64,000 bases of DNA from Cycas panzhihuaensis. Taxonomy: Eukaryota; Plantae; Cycadophyta. This document shows, one piece after another, positions 25,991-39,499 of this stretch; position 1 is the first letter of the stretch, and each line of letters begins with the position of its first letter. The notes below the pieces were generated by a model. That model saw only the letters and a list, made by a program, of their open reading frames with translations, was not told where the DNA came from and ran no database searches. Made by a program: the position numbers and the translations under genes. The stretch spans positions 233,995,741 to 234,059,740 of the forward strand of contig CM041465.1 in NCBI GenBank assembly GCA_023213395.1, given 5' to 3'.

Positions 25991-27450
25991 TCTCCTTTTT
26001 ATTTTAATTCATAACTCACAAAGAGATTAGTCCCAACATAGGGTTAAAGAAACCAAGTCAATCCTTTGTGAGGAAGTGAATGGTAAGGAAGAGTAGATTT
26101 TCAAGTAAGTAAAGTGTCCTAACTCTTTTTTATAGAGTTTTGGAAATTAGTTACTTATCGTTAAAATTCCTTATATGTAGTAAATATACTACTAAAATTT
26201 TGATAAAAAACTTTAAAGTTACATCTTTAAAGTTTCCCTTCTGAAAGTAACGATTTTATTATCTATATTATTGCATGATTGACCAGTGTGCTATATTCTA
26301 AAGTAGGAGAAATTAAAAAAATGAACCTATTACTTTTTAGCTTTGTCACAAGGTACCTATCATATTCTTTATCTTTTACAACCTTTTTTAAAGTTTTGAC
26401 AAACTAGGAAAAGGAAGTAAAAGACAAGGAAAGAGTACTCTCTTATATTGATTGGTTGGTTTATTGTTTAATACTGTCCCCTTGTTTACCCATAAAAGAA
26501 AAAGTAAAAGTTAGGAAATTATTTATTAGGTTTAGAATTAAGAAGTTGTAATTGTATGTTGCTTGCTATTTAGTGAATCTAAGAGATTGAAAATGGAAGT
26601 GAAAGAGTAACAACAAGGATAATCATAAGTGTAATTGAATATCCTAGACTATTTTGTTGCTTGTGTGTTTGATTTACTTTCACTTTTATTCCATTTAAGA
26701 AATAAAAAGTAAAGAAAGAAAAAGAATTACATTTCATTTTTGCATGATTTGAGTGTTTAATTGGATACATATTTGCTCATTATTATTTGAACTCAATTGA
26801 AAATTACATGCTAGATTTACATATAGGCTTGGTTTGATATTGTTTGGTCCCTCTAAGTCAGATTATGTCTCTTGGTTAAGGATTTACTTGATCACTCAGG
26901 ACTTAACATCCTTGATATATAGGCACATTCTCTCATATAAACAAATAATTCTCTTAATTAGGAGCTTTTTATTAATTAGGACATGACACCCCTAATATAT
27001 AAACTACTCATTTTTTTAGATTATTCAATTTCTAAGCATGTTTCAAATGCTAAAGGAAGTTGTTTACCATTTTCCTTTAGGTTGAGAGTGATTTCTTCTT
27101 TATTTCTTCACCTCTAAGTGTAGGAATCTATAAAAGTCAGATATAAGCATCTTTAGGATGTTCATCTTCATGGATGGATTATCATTAGGTGAAAAGAGTC
27201 CCCAATGGCTAATCCCCGATAAGGTTATTAATCTAGGTTATGATCTCTCATAAGTTATCACATTCATCAGTGCCCTTTATTTATAACTATTACAACATAG
27301 ATTGCTCTCATGTAGGTTGAAATAAAGAACTAGGTTAGAATATCATCCTTAGAATGGCTTCTTGGATAGTGATAGGGCAAACTTAGGTCATTTATTTTAG
27401 GGTAAGGGTCCCCAATAGTTCCTTCACTTATTAGAAGGTTGTTTGTGCTT

Positions 27451-28000
27451 TATTAAACCTTATGTTTACATGTTATGCATATGTATTTTATTCCATGTAT
27501 ATTTGTACTTTATGGGATGACTTATCATGTAAGTGATAAAGTATACACCCACATTCTTTCCTAATGATATAACATTGTCACTAAGGGTCAAATGACCCTC
27601 ATGCACTTTTGCTCACTTAAGAGCCTAAAATGGCACATGTCCTACATGTAAAACATGTAGCTTGGATATTGGATATTTGACACTTGTCAAACATCTAATA
27701 CCTTAGGTCTCTTCTATAACTCTACATATTAAGACCACTTCTTATGTTTCTCATATAGAGTTTGAGTTATATTATTATGCTTATAGTTTTCTAATCAAAT
27801 TGATATTCATTTGGAGATTGGACCAATTCCATCTCCTCCTCATTTTGGTATCATCTTTCTCATACTCTTTAATGTTTAGTCTTTTATCTTATTTACTTGA
27901 GTAAGCTTTCATTATTAAGTGTTGATCTCTTTAATTCTAGAACTAGAGTTGAACAATCTTCTAGCTCTTAGTTTATGTAGGTTAAATACCATCTTCAACA
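27451..28000 (+). repeat. Copia C 5' LTR
   Basis: tattaaacctta..cttcaaca. Confidence 0.94.
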
Positions 28001-29322
28001 ATGGGTATCAAAGCAGAAGAAGCTTATTTTTCTCTATTCTGATTTCCTCTTTTTTGAGATCTTGTAAGGGTTTACAAACCCTTGGTGATGATATTCATTA
28101 TTTGAAGGTGATATAAGGTTTTTCTCTCCTATTTTGCAGTAGTTCTAGGCATTTTCAAGCCATTTGTAGGTTGGAGGAGATGCAATTTAGATCTAGAAAT
28201 CATTTTTTTAGACTTTTATGAAGGGTTTAGCACTCACTATTATAAAAAAACAGTGATTTTCTCTGATTTTTCTTCAAGAGAAATTATTTTTTGTAGGAAA
28301 AGGAGGCACATTTGAGTTATTTTACTATTTTTTATTGTAAATTAGTCTTATAATTAGCATTTATGATCATCAATTAATTTGCAACACTTATTTCACAATT
28401 TTAGGTAGATTTGTTATCATTTTCTAATGATTTTCTATGATTTTTCTCTAAGAAAAATTTAATTTTTTACCAAAGTAAGATAGATCTCAGGATTTTATAT
28501 GTCTTTTGACTAAAAATCAGTCATTCAATCACTCCATTCAGCTTGCACTTTATTTACAAAGCTCCTTCATTGTTCTGGGCCAATTTTTCTAAAAAACATC
28601 TCTCAAATCTTTAGTGCAGACCTTTTATAATACTCTACTCCTCTTTGGAAGGTGTCTCTACCCTGTGTTGGTCCCATTGGAGCCATACAATAGCCAGATG
28701 CCATCTCAACACTACTGCATAGTTGTATATTCTCTCCACAATCATGCACCCTTTGAAAAGCATGATTACTCATAACTTCTTTTGTGTTACACTATTCGTT
28801 GTGAAACTTTAGAGGAACCTTTGTATTCCCATTGTGACCCCTCGTCTCTATTTTCACGGTGATCTAAGCATCATAGAGGCTATACGATTGAATTGAGTGC
28901 TCATAGAGTCATGCGACCTACCATCCCTCTATTTGACCTATATTTCCTCTATATGCAACAAAATTATATCAACATACTACTTAAAATGATCATGCTTAAT
29001 TGAGAACTCCAGATCTATAGTCACATCTAATATTCGACTAGCCATTCAAGTGATTTTCTCATCTTTTCGATTTATTTTTATGTCGTAGATCCCTCATTTA
29101 AAATTTTTTTAAAATGTTTTTATTTTAACTTTATAAAATAACTTTGGTTTATATGATATAGTATATTCAAAGAATATTCCATTTTAAATAAACTTAAAAG
29201 TTATAAAGTTTTATATTTTCAAAGTGATTTTAATATTTTAATCACTTTTCTTAAGTAAATTCAGCTTTTTTAAATATTTTGAGCTTCATTTAAACACACA
29301 AAAGTATTTGTACTTATGTTTT

Positions 29323-29645
29323 TGACTCATTAAATGAGCTCTTAAGTCATTTTTATTATTATAAAGGCAAAAAAAAAATCACTTTTTATAAGTGTTCTAT
29401 AAGACTCCTTGTAAGGTGTCCTTCATGCCCTAGTTCTTAATAGGGTCAAATTCACTTTTTTTCTTACTTTTCAAAGTCACTTTAACATAAAAAATTTTAT
29501 ATTTATACTTAGTGACTCATTGAATAACTTTTTCAAGTCATTTTTATCATTGTAAAGGCAAAAAATCACTTTTTTAAGTGTTTTCTTAAAGGCTCCCTAC
29601 GTGGTGACCTAGTGCCCTAGCCCAAAAGGGGCTCAAAAATCATCT
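29323..29645 (+). repeat. Diverged direct repeat (period about 190 bp) in the Copia C leader
   Basis: tgactcatt..aagtcattttta..taaaggcaaaaaa..tcacttttt..gccctag at 29323 and 29513. Confidence 0.8.
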
Positions 29646-30524
29646 TTTTAATAAAAAGATCCCTCATTTTTATGGCTAGTTAGGACTAATTTAAGTCCTA
29701 ACACTTGGTGCATAGTGTCTATATTACAAAGTAAATCTTCTTTTGCCTTCAAGTTGAGCATTTTCTACTAAAAAGAACCAACTCGAAGTATCATCCCAAG
29801 GTAGTTCATCATTCTATTTGGGTACTTAGCACTTTCCTTGATCTTTTGAAAAGTGCTTTCTTCTTAAACACTTAATGTGTTACATGTGATGTACTCAAAT
29901 ATATTACTTAGATATCTTTAGCACTCCTTTTCACTTCATTAAGTGCTTTTTAAAACACTCTAAGTGTTATATTTTTGATGTACTAAATTACTTCTTTTTG
30001 AAGCCATATTTGTAAGCTTTGAAGCATTTATCTTTTAAGTACATCATCCAAGTAAAACTCATTTAAAGTTTATTTCAACATCTTTAAAAAGTGAATCTAA
30101 AAACTAGTAGAAGAGGCCTAAAAAAGGTTCAAATGTTGCCTCTAAAATAACCTTAAGCTTAGTACATTCTCTAGGGGACCAACTAACTGTATAGTCAGTG
30201 CACAATAATTAAGGTTGTTTGAGGAAAAGGAGGTTTGAAAACAGTGCTATTGGCATGGTGAATCCCAAGGAAAGCATGGTATATCCATGTAGATTAACCC
30301 TACCTACCTTATCCTAGATTTGACTTGGTTAACTATTAGATCTCATCTATAGATCAAGGTTAGACCAACTCTTTTGCCTAGTCCTCCACCGCTCATCATT
30401 CCATTTAGATATTAGATCTTCTACTAAGATTAGGTCTATTGGTCTATTAGAAGGTGGAACTTAAGAGACAAAAGCTTTGAGTTTCCAAGTCATCTACTAA
30501 CTTCAATTCTTTACAACTTTAGCA

Positions 30525-33500
30525 TGGCTACTTTAAATATACTCAATGTATGTACCATTAAATTAACAGGCTAAGATAGAATAGAAGAGGCAAATACAAA
30601 ACCTCTTAATAATGAATGAATTTTATGGTCATGTTTCTAGTAAAATTCCCCAACCTATACCTATGAAAAATAATGGTATTGTTGTTCATTTACATCTAGT
30701 TTATGTTATTGCTTAGGAGACCAAGGATGAAATTGCCTTAGCATTCTTGTATATAATTATTGATGTTCATGTTGATCAAAATATAGTATGTGATGAAACC
30801 TTTAAGGAAGTTTGGGACACTTTGTCCTCTTTATATGAAAGGCGATATGAAGCTCGTATTTTAATGGTGAAAGTAAAATTATACTCTTTAAAATTTATAA
30901 AGCCTATGCCAATATTTTTTCTTCTAAGGAAATATGTAATGAATTAAATACATTAGGCAAACCAACTTCCAAAGATAAGCTTATAACAGTAATTTTTTGA
31001 GCATTGCTTAAGGATTTTAATGGATTTATATCATTCATTATACGAGATGTATCACTTTTAAGTATATCCTTCAATCAACTTAAAAGTTTGTTACTTCAAG
31101 AGGAGCATATTTATTTATGGAAGATGATGATGATCCATCCACATGAAGAGCATTCATGGCCAAATTAAAGGCCAATCAAGGTCCGAAATCTCCATTTATA
31201 AAATAGTTTAAGAACATAAACATTAGCAAAATCCAATGTCATTTGTCATTATTGTGGCAAGGTTGGTCATATAGCTCCTGATTACAAAAAGAAGCAAGCT
31301 GATCTCTAGTACACATGACAGTAGCAACCATATCAGCATCATTAGAGGTAATAACAGCCTCATCAGTAGTTCTAGCAACAATAGCACTTTCAATAATAGC
31401 AATAGCAATAACCCCATCAACTAAATCATGGTGCATATCGATGAGCTCAATGAGGAAAGGGGGCATTTAGAGGTGGCAATCAACGCCATATATGATTAGG
31501 GGCATCTTAATATATGATTAAGAGTGAAGAACTCTTTTATGACATCAAAAAAGAAAAGGGTCAATCAATGACCTTTGGAAATAATAAATCTCTTTAGATA
31601 TCAGGTATAGGCAAAATTACCTCATTTCATTCACCTTCAAATCCTTCATCCACATTTCCCACTGGAGATGCCTACTTAATCCCTTCTATGGAGAAGAGTA
31701 TGTTATCTATTAGCCAATTAGACAAGCAACATATAAGCATTTTATTCAAGAATGGGAAATGTGTCATTAGTGATAAGTATGATCAGGTTATAGCCATTGG
31801 TCATGAAGATCATGGACTTTATAAAATAGATGCTAATAATAGAACCTTTAATTCTGCTTACTTTATCATACAATCATTATTAAAGATGTAGCTTTGGCAT
31901 CAATGCCTAGGCCGCGTAATCTTAGACAATATCAAGTTGATGATCAATAAAAATATGGTGCATAAGCTTCCAATGCTATATGGTTCAAAATGTCTTTGTC
32001 AAACATGTATAATGGGGACACAACATTAATAGCTTTTTCCTAAAGATAAAGCATGGCATGCATCTTATTCCTTGCAACTAATTTATTTAGACTCATGTGG
32101 ACCTATGTCCATGACATCTTTTAGAGGGGCCTTATATTACATCTCCTTCATAGATGATTTCTCTCACAAAGTTTGGGTCTACTTCATCAAATAAAAATAT
32201 GAAGCATTCTAGAAGTTCAAAGAATTTAAACTTAAAATGGAGAATAAGTCTAGCCATTTAATCAAAATTCTAAGATTAAATAATAGAGGTGAATTCATTT
32301 CAAAGGAATTCACCTAATTTTGTAAAGATAATGACATTCGAAGATATCTCACCATTCCTCATACTCCTCAACAAAACAAAGTCTTCAAATAGATGAATAG
32401 AACTTTGACAAATAAAACTAAAGCCATGATGCATGCAAGAGGACTAACATGAGCATACTAGATAGAAGTATTCCACACAGTTGCCTATATGGAAAATTAG
32501 AGTTCTACATCAACGGTCACCAACATCATGCTAAAGAATGCTTGGTCTAGCAAAAAGCCTATCGTTAGCTATTTAAGGATATTTGGGTGCACTGCATACA
32601 TGTATATCCCTAATCAACAAAGATCCAAACTAAACAAACATAGTCTAAAATGTATTTTTGTAAGTTATTCCATTCATAGCAAGGCATACAAGTTGTATGA
32701 TCCTATTGGTAAGAAAATGTATCTCTCAAGAGATGTAATCTTTACTGAAGATGAACACAAGGAGTTGGAATCAACATCCATCCAACCTTCTCTCGAAAAA
32801 GGTAAAAAGATTGTTGAGGATTTCCTTCCCTCTCAATCTTCAATACCATATACATCATCTGCACCAGTTTGTCCATCCATATCATTAGAATCATTGTTGA
32901 TCAACCACTCTGACCAAAAGATCTAGAGGTTCAAGTTACATTAATTCAAAAGTTGCTTAAATGGTATACTAAGATTGTTCATGACAACTAGGTCATTAAA
33001 GGAAAATATCCATCAAAATATTGATAACAAACTAATTATGCACTTATGGTTGAAGTGTTATTTGTTGATGAGCCTTCGACTTTTGAGGAGGCATATAAAA
33101 ATAACAATTTGAAGACTATCATGGATGAAGAAATCTATTTTATTAAAAAGAATAGAACTTGGGATTTGGTAGAATTACCTAAATATAAATAGGCAATCCA
33201 TTACAAATGGGTCTACAAGACCAATTTTTACTCTAATGGGACACTTAATCGCTAAAAGGCCTAACTTGTTACAAAAGGCTTCAAACAAAAGGAAGGCATT
33301 GTCTATGAGGAGACTTTTGTACATGTTACTAACATGAACACCATCAAACTCATATTGGCCTTAGTTACTTAATGCAAGTGGCTAGTTTTCCAGATGGATG
33401 TGAACAATACCTTTCTTAATGGTGATCTTCAAGAGGAGGTATATTTGGAGCAACCTCCTAGTTATAAAGTACAAGGCAATGAGCACTTGGTTTGTCAACT

Positions 33501-34600
33501 CAAAAAGGCATTATATGGATTGATATAAGCCCCATGAGTATGGTATTCAAAAATTAATGATTATTTCTTGAGACATGGTTTTCATCGATCCACATTAGAT
33601 CCTAACTTATACATCAAAGTTGGAAAAGACCATGCTCTTTTTATTATCTTGTATATGGATGACTTAGTGATCACTGGTAATAATACTAAGATAAATTAGA
33701 TTCTCCAAGGTGATTTGAAGAGAAGTTTTGAGATGATAAATCTTGGACTTCTTTATTATTTTTTAAGCTTTGAGCTATGGCAGCAGCCAGACTATATCTT
33801 CATCTCCTAAACAAAATATTCTTAGGACATTTTATCGTGGTTAAGGATGTATGACTATAAACTAGTGCCTACACCTATGGAGAATGGAACAAAGTTGAAT
33901 CTCAATGAGAAAGATAAACCTACAGATCCCACTCTTTTTTGGCAACTAATTAGTAGCCTAATCTACCTCACCAACATAAGACTAGATATTTTATTTACCA
34001 TTGGGATTTGCTCTAGATACATATATCAACCCAATTAAAAACATTAGAATACAATAAAATGTATACTGAAATATATAAAAGGCATATTGCAATATGGCCT
34101 TCAGTATGTACATAATGAGAACTTTATATTGGAAGGGTTCTTAGACTCTGATTAGATAGGATGCCAAGATAGCCATAGATCAACCTTAGGGTATTGCTTT
34201 ACCTTTGATTTAGGAGTCATTTTATGGAGTTGTAAGAAGCAACCTAATGTTACCTTATCCTCCACAAAAGTAGAGTAAAAAGTTGTAGTCAGTGTAGCCT
34301 TTGAGGCTATATAGCTTTGATGGTTTCTTAGAGAGCTTGGACTTGAGCAGGATCACCCCACCAAGCTATATTGTGACAATTAGAGTGTACTCAACTTGAC
34401 TAAGAATCCAATTTTTCATATGTAGACCAAACACATCGAGGTTCGTCGTTATTTCATCAGAGAGCATGTGCAAAATAGTGAAATCAACCTCTACTACAGA
34501 CCTACAGAGTAGCACATAACAAATATCTTTACTAAGCCTCTTGGTAGAGAAAAGTTTGTAAAACTTAGAGAAGGTCTAGGGGTCTGGCTTAGCATTGTAA
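30525..34600 (+). pseudogene. Copia C gag-PR-INT-RT-RH
   Basis: KEVWDTLSSLYE gag; CHYCGKVGHIAPD knuckle; LRIFGCTAYMYIP..KCIFVSY; TWDLVELP..KWVYKTN and LYMDDLVITG RT; LYCDN*S..TKHIEV RH. Confidence 0.93.
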
Positions 34601-34614
34601 ATAGTAAGGAGGGG

Positions 34615-35152
34615 TGTTAAACCTTATATTTACATATTATACATATGTACTTTCATGTATATCGATACTTTATGGGGTAACATATCGCTTAAGTGATAAA
34701 GTACACACCCATATTCTTTTCTAATGATATAATAGTCACTTAAGGGTCAAATGACCCTTATGTACTTTTGTTAACTTGAGAGCCTAAAAGGATACATGTC
34801 CTACATGCAAAGCATGTATCTTGGATGTTTGAAAAATATCAAACATCCAATGCCTTATGTGTCTTCTGCAACTCTATATATTAAGACCACTTCTCATGTT
34901 TCTCATATAGAGTTTAAGTTATATTGTTATGATGTTAGTTTGCTAATCAAACTAATATTCATTTGGAGATTAGAATAATTCCATCTCCTCCTTATTTTGG
35001 TATTATCTTGATCATACTCTTTCATGTTTAGTCTTTTATCTTATTTACTTGAGTAAGTTTTCATTATTAAGTATTGATCTCTTTGATTCTAGAACTAGAG
35101 TTGAACAATCTTCTAGATCTTAGCTTATGTAGGCTAAATGCCATCTTCAATA
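34615..35152 (+). repeat. Copia C 3' LTR
   Basis: tgttaaacctta..cttcaata; the terminal CA has mutated to TA. Confidence 0.94.
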
Positions 35153-35399
35153 AGCTTTCTTTGTTTGTCTTGTTTGATTATTTGGAGTGCTTTCATTTAA
35201 TCAAATTTGGGTTTGATTTTTTCATATATATATATGAGCTAGTTTAGGTTACAAGTTAGTTTGATTCTCTCTTTCTTACTCAAGCATACAGGTAAAGGGA
35301 CCCCTTCTTAGAGGTTGGTTAAAAGGTCCACCCTTGAGATTCATCACCATTGATTCATTCTCTTATAGATCCAATAGATAGTTGGCCCAAAGATAAGGA

Positions 35400-38300
35400 A
35401 CCACCTAGTAGAATGCATTGACATTTAAATAATAGTATGGGATGCATTGTCTATATTAACAACATTGAAGCACACACCACAACTAATCCTGATATCTAAA
35501 ATATAATCACCAAGTACTAGTTTGTTCTTACACCCATCCCTATTACCACCCATCCAAATCATGGATTCTATCACTCAACTAAACTAAAACAACCCTATGA
35601 TCCAACTAGCCTAAGGCCATACTATAACTCATATTTTTAAAAGAATAAGATTAAGAAAATAACCACTAAACTTATGGACATATGAGTTATACAACCTAGC
35701 AAAAGCCCTTATGCCACTCTAATTGTCCTAGTCCAAAATAAAGATGGTTCATTCATCTTATGTGTAGACTATAAGGAACTTAACAAAGTTATGATTAAGA
35801 ATAAGCTTCTAACACCTAAGATTAATGATATGCTTAATGAGATCCATGGCATAATTATATTCTTTAAACTTAATCTCTAATTTGGTTACTACTAGATCTC
35901 CATCACCCTAGAAGATCTCCAGAAATGGTGTTCCACATATATTATGACCACTTCAAGTTCTAAGTCATACCTTTTGGTCTTTGTAATACCTTGGCAACAT
36001 TTCAAGCCCTTATAAATTGGATAATTACACCCTACTATGTAAATTCATCATTGTATTCTTTGATGATATACTTACTTATATCTCTATAATGCTCCATCAT
36101 CTTAAGAATTTAGAAAATATCCTTTAAATCCTTGCACAACAAAAACTTTATGACAAACTATCAAAGTGCAAACTTGGTAAGACTGAGGTATAATACTTGG
36201 GACATACCATCTCTATGAAAGGTGTCTAAGTTGACCCCAACAAAATCTCCACTATTACATCATGCCTAATACCCAAAAACTTAATATACCTTTGTGCCTT
36301 TCTTGATCTTACAAGATTCTATAGATAATATATCTATAACTATGCCTCTATTGTTGTCCCACTAACTAATTTACTTCATAAGGATTTGTTTCAATGGTCC
36401 CCAATAGTAGAAAATGCATTCAACTATCTCAAGGCCATCATCACCTTGACCTTAGTCTTGGGCACCCCAAAATTTTCACAACTATTTGAGCTAGAATGTG
36501 ATACCTCAAGATATGGATTAAGTGTTATCCTTATGCAAAATTTTTATCCAATTGTCTCTGAGAGTTATAAGCTTAAGGACCATAAATATAGGTTATCCAT
36601 CTACTAAAAGGAAATAAAGGCCATCATACATATAGTTGAAAAGTGTTGTTAGTATCTCCTTGGATCAACATTCAAAATTCCTATAGACCACCATGGCCTT
36701 TGAACCCTACTTGATTAACCAACATTATCAGAGGATCAAGCTAAGTGGCTCAATGGCCTCTAGATATTTACTTTTATTATAATGTATAAAAATAGGAAAG
36801 ATAATGTTGTTGCCAATGCCCTCTCTCATCTTCCCCCTCAAACCACCCTTGAACCCATGATTTAAGCAACCATCAAACCTAAACCTACATGGCTCACAAA
36901 CTCGGCAATTGCCAACTAGGCCCAAATATATTATGGTTAATGGTCATCAAAACACCTCACACAAAAGGATAAGTCTCTTTATAATGATCTCCTATTATAC
37001 AAAAATCATATTTTTGTTCACCCCACTTCCCCTTGCATTCCCTAAATTTTGTCTAGATATCATTCTTCTCCTATTGGTGGCCACTCAGGCTTTAATAAAA
37101 CCTACCAACATATTCACTCTAATTTTTACTGGCCGCAATCCTTACATTTGTGATAGAATGTGACATACGTCAAAGAAATAAAGTTGACATAAAAGCCTAT
37201 CCTAGTTTCCTCTAACCCTTTTATATTCTTTAAGGTAAATGATAAGACATTATAATGGACTTTATCAAGAACCTTCTATTATCTATTGGGTTTGATTATA
37301 TTTGGGTTATCATAAATAGGCTAACCATGTATGCTCATTTTTTACCCATGTATACCTCTTATAAGGTCGTATGTCTCATTGACACATACATTCAATCTAC
37401 CTCCTTCCTCTATGGGTTTCCCTTAATAATTGTATATGACTAAGACCCAAAATTCACCAGCTTGTTTTAGCAAGAGCCTTTCATACCTAGAGCACCTTGT
37501 TCAACATAAGCTTAGCTTATCATCCTTAAACCAATAGATAGTCTAAGGTTATTAACAACACTCTAGAAATATACTTCACCTTATAAAACCAAAATAAATC
37601 GTCCTCCTGGCTTGCACTTGATGAGTATCAATACAACTCTTCCTACCACTCTACCATTGGTATATCCCTATTTTTTGCTTTATATGGTTATCAACCACCT
37701 TTCCACCATACCCTTGCAACAAGCCTTTGCACAATGGTTGCTTAGTAAAAATTAGAAGACATGGATAAAATCTTACACATCCTCAAGCAGAACTTAGCTT
37801 TGGTCCAAAATTAAGTGAAGCAACTAGTTAACCACCATTGTTCCAATTGAGAATTTATAATAGGTGATATGGTATTCCTTTGTCTTTAACTATACAAGTA
37901 GTAGTCCCTCTGTAAGAATGAAAATCACAAGCTTAGCCCTCTGTACTACAATCCATACAAAGTTCTTCAAAAGATTAGATAAGATGCTTATGCCCTTGAA
38001 CTACCACCTAACACCAAAATCCATAATATTTTTTATGTCTCTTATTTGAAAAAGTATCTTGGTAAAGCTATTATTCCCTAGACCACCCTTCCTATTCTAG
38101 ATGAAGAACAAGTTCTCATGGTCCCTCCAGATCGTACCTTCGTTATAAAGCAATGTCATCTATGTAATCAGACCATCTTCAAGTATCGTATAGTAGGCTA
38201 GTTGTGATTTAGAAGAGGCAACTTAAGAATCAACAAAAAATGTACATTAGTATCTGCATCTTCTTCACTTTATGGACTCAACATCTTGAAGGAGGGGACC

Positions 38301-38692
38301 TATTACATAACTACTTCTTAACTGTGGAGTTTGACCACTAGCACATATGACCGAGCAACCAATTTGTTAGTGTTGGGTATTAACTTTTGTGTGGGCTATT
38401 TAGTCATACCAATAGGATCATAGGCCATATCTCACACTAATAAGATTCTATATAAAACAACCATCTTTACATATTTAAGGCCCTAAAAATGTACCTAGTG
38501 GATTATGTTGAAATAATATTAAAAGATTATACTATTATTCATTTTGGTGCCTATTTGGTGTTCATATTTATGCTTATTTTTGTACTTAATTTAATTATAT
38601 TTGTTAGAGTGATTGATCTAAAACATTATCTATGCTCTTTGATCTATAAATATGCTATTGCGTATAAGAATACTTAGAAAAGACACACTCTA
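35400..38692 (+). mobile_element. 5'-truncated chromoviral Gypsy element D (RT-RH-INT-chromo plus 3' LTR), relative of B
   Basis: Colinear with B from about 22630; FFDDIL RT, LECDTSRYGL RH, MDFIKNLL integrase; PPT gaaggagggg about 38288. Confidence 0.9.
38301..38692 (+). repeat. Gypsy D 3' LTR (unpaired)
   Basis: Starts tattacataact like the B LTR, after a PPT; the end is estimated from similarity to the B LTR end. Confidence 0.75.
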
Positions 38693-38726
38693 ATAATTAA
38701 TGAGTTGACTAGTCAAAGGTAATAGG

Positions 38727-39037
38727 TGAAGGAATGATGGATCTAGGGAATAAATCACTCACATGCATACAATGGCAATGGAAAATAAAAAAGAGATGAA
38801 ACAAAATATAAGAGCAAGCTTGGAGGTGAGAATGAATAATGACTCCCTCCTTGAGATTTCACCTTTTATTATTAAGGGTGAGCATTAACATTAGGATTTT
38901 CCTGCCTAATGACATGAACCCAAAATTACATCTAAATGCACATAAAGTGCATTTCATTAAGAGACTAATGCTAATAATATATCATAAGGTCACATAATTA
39001 ATCTACATAAATAACCTTGATACATTATCCTCTTTCA
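38727..39037 (-). repeat. Copia E 3' LTR
   Basis: tgaaggaatg..ctctttca on the + strand. Confidence 0.96.
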
Positions 39038-39499
39038 ATCCCCCCCTTAATGGTCGAAGGTCATTTTAAGAAAATCTATTTTATGAGATCTTCATTTGAG
39101 CCTCATTATTATATTAAAATTCTAAATGACAGTTTTATGGGAAAACCCTCATGGGGAATAAAAAGCCACGAACTTTCTAAGATCTATAGCCCCTTTTATA
39201 AATAAAAAATGGCTAAGGTGGCTCTTTGATATAGCATAATAGCCAAGTAGCTTAAATATGTAGCTTAATCTGCTAAGTCTTCATATACTGTTTGGTCATC
39301 CCCTATGCCCTTTTGGGTTTTCATAGGTTCTAATTTTCTAAAACTAGTATAACCCTTATCCTTCCATGCCTACATAGGGTTTTCACAAATAGGATAAAGC
39401 AGAGACTTACTCTTATTCTCCCACACCCACAAGGGATTTTCACAAAGAGAATAGAGTATGATAATCCTATTGCCATCTTCTTTGATCAGTTGAAAATGG

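Larger units (their letters stand above)
27451..35152 (+). mobile_element. Full-length decayed Ty1/Copia element C
   Basis: LTRs 27451-28000 and 34615-35152, PBS ggtatcaaagc about 28004, PPT aaggagggg 34606-34614, TSD tgctt/agctt (4 of 5 match). Confidence 0.95.
10604..35390 (+). mobile_element. Probable long (about 3.4 kb) T1 3' LTR split into four pieces: 10604-11445, 18307-19230, 25996-27450, 35158-35390
   Basis: Pieces rejoin across the TSDs of A, B and C. Weak PPT-like gatgggcaa before 10604. Patchy similarity to minus-strand 46308-49550 (agatttggagtttggtgtcgcccca vs agatttggtgaattgtgtcaacccca). Ends uncertain. Confidence 0.5.

Noticed and set aside
31223-31466. Leu-rich minus-strand ORFs
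   Set aside because: Antisense shadows of the eroded CAR repeat in Copia C gag.
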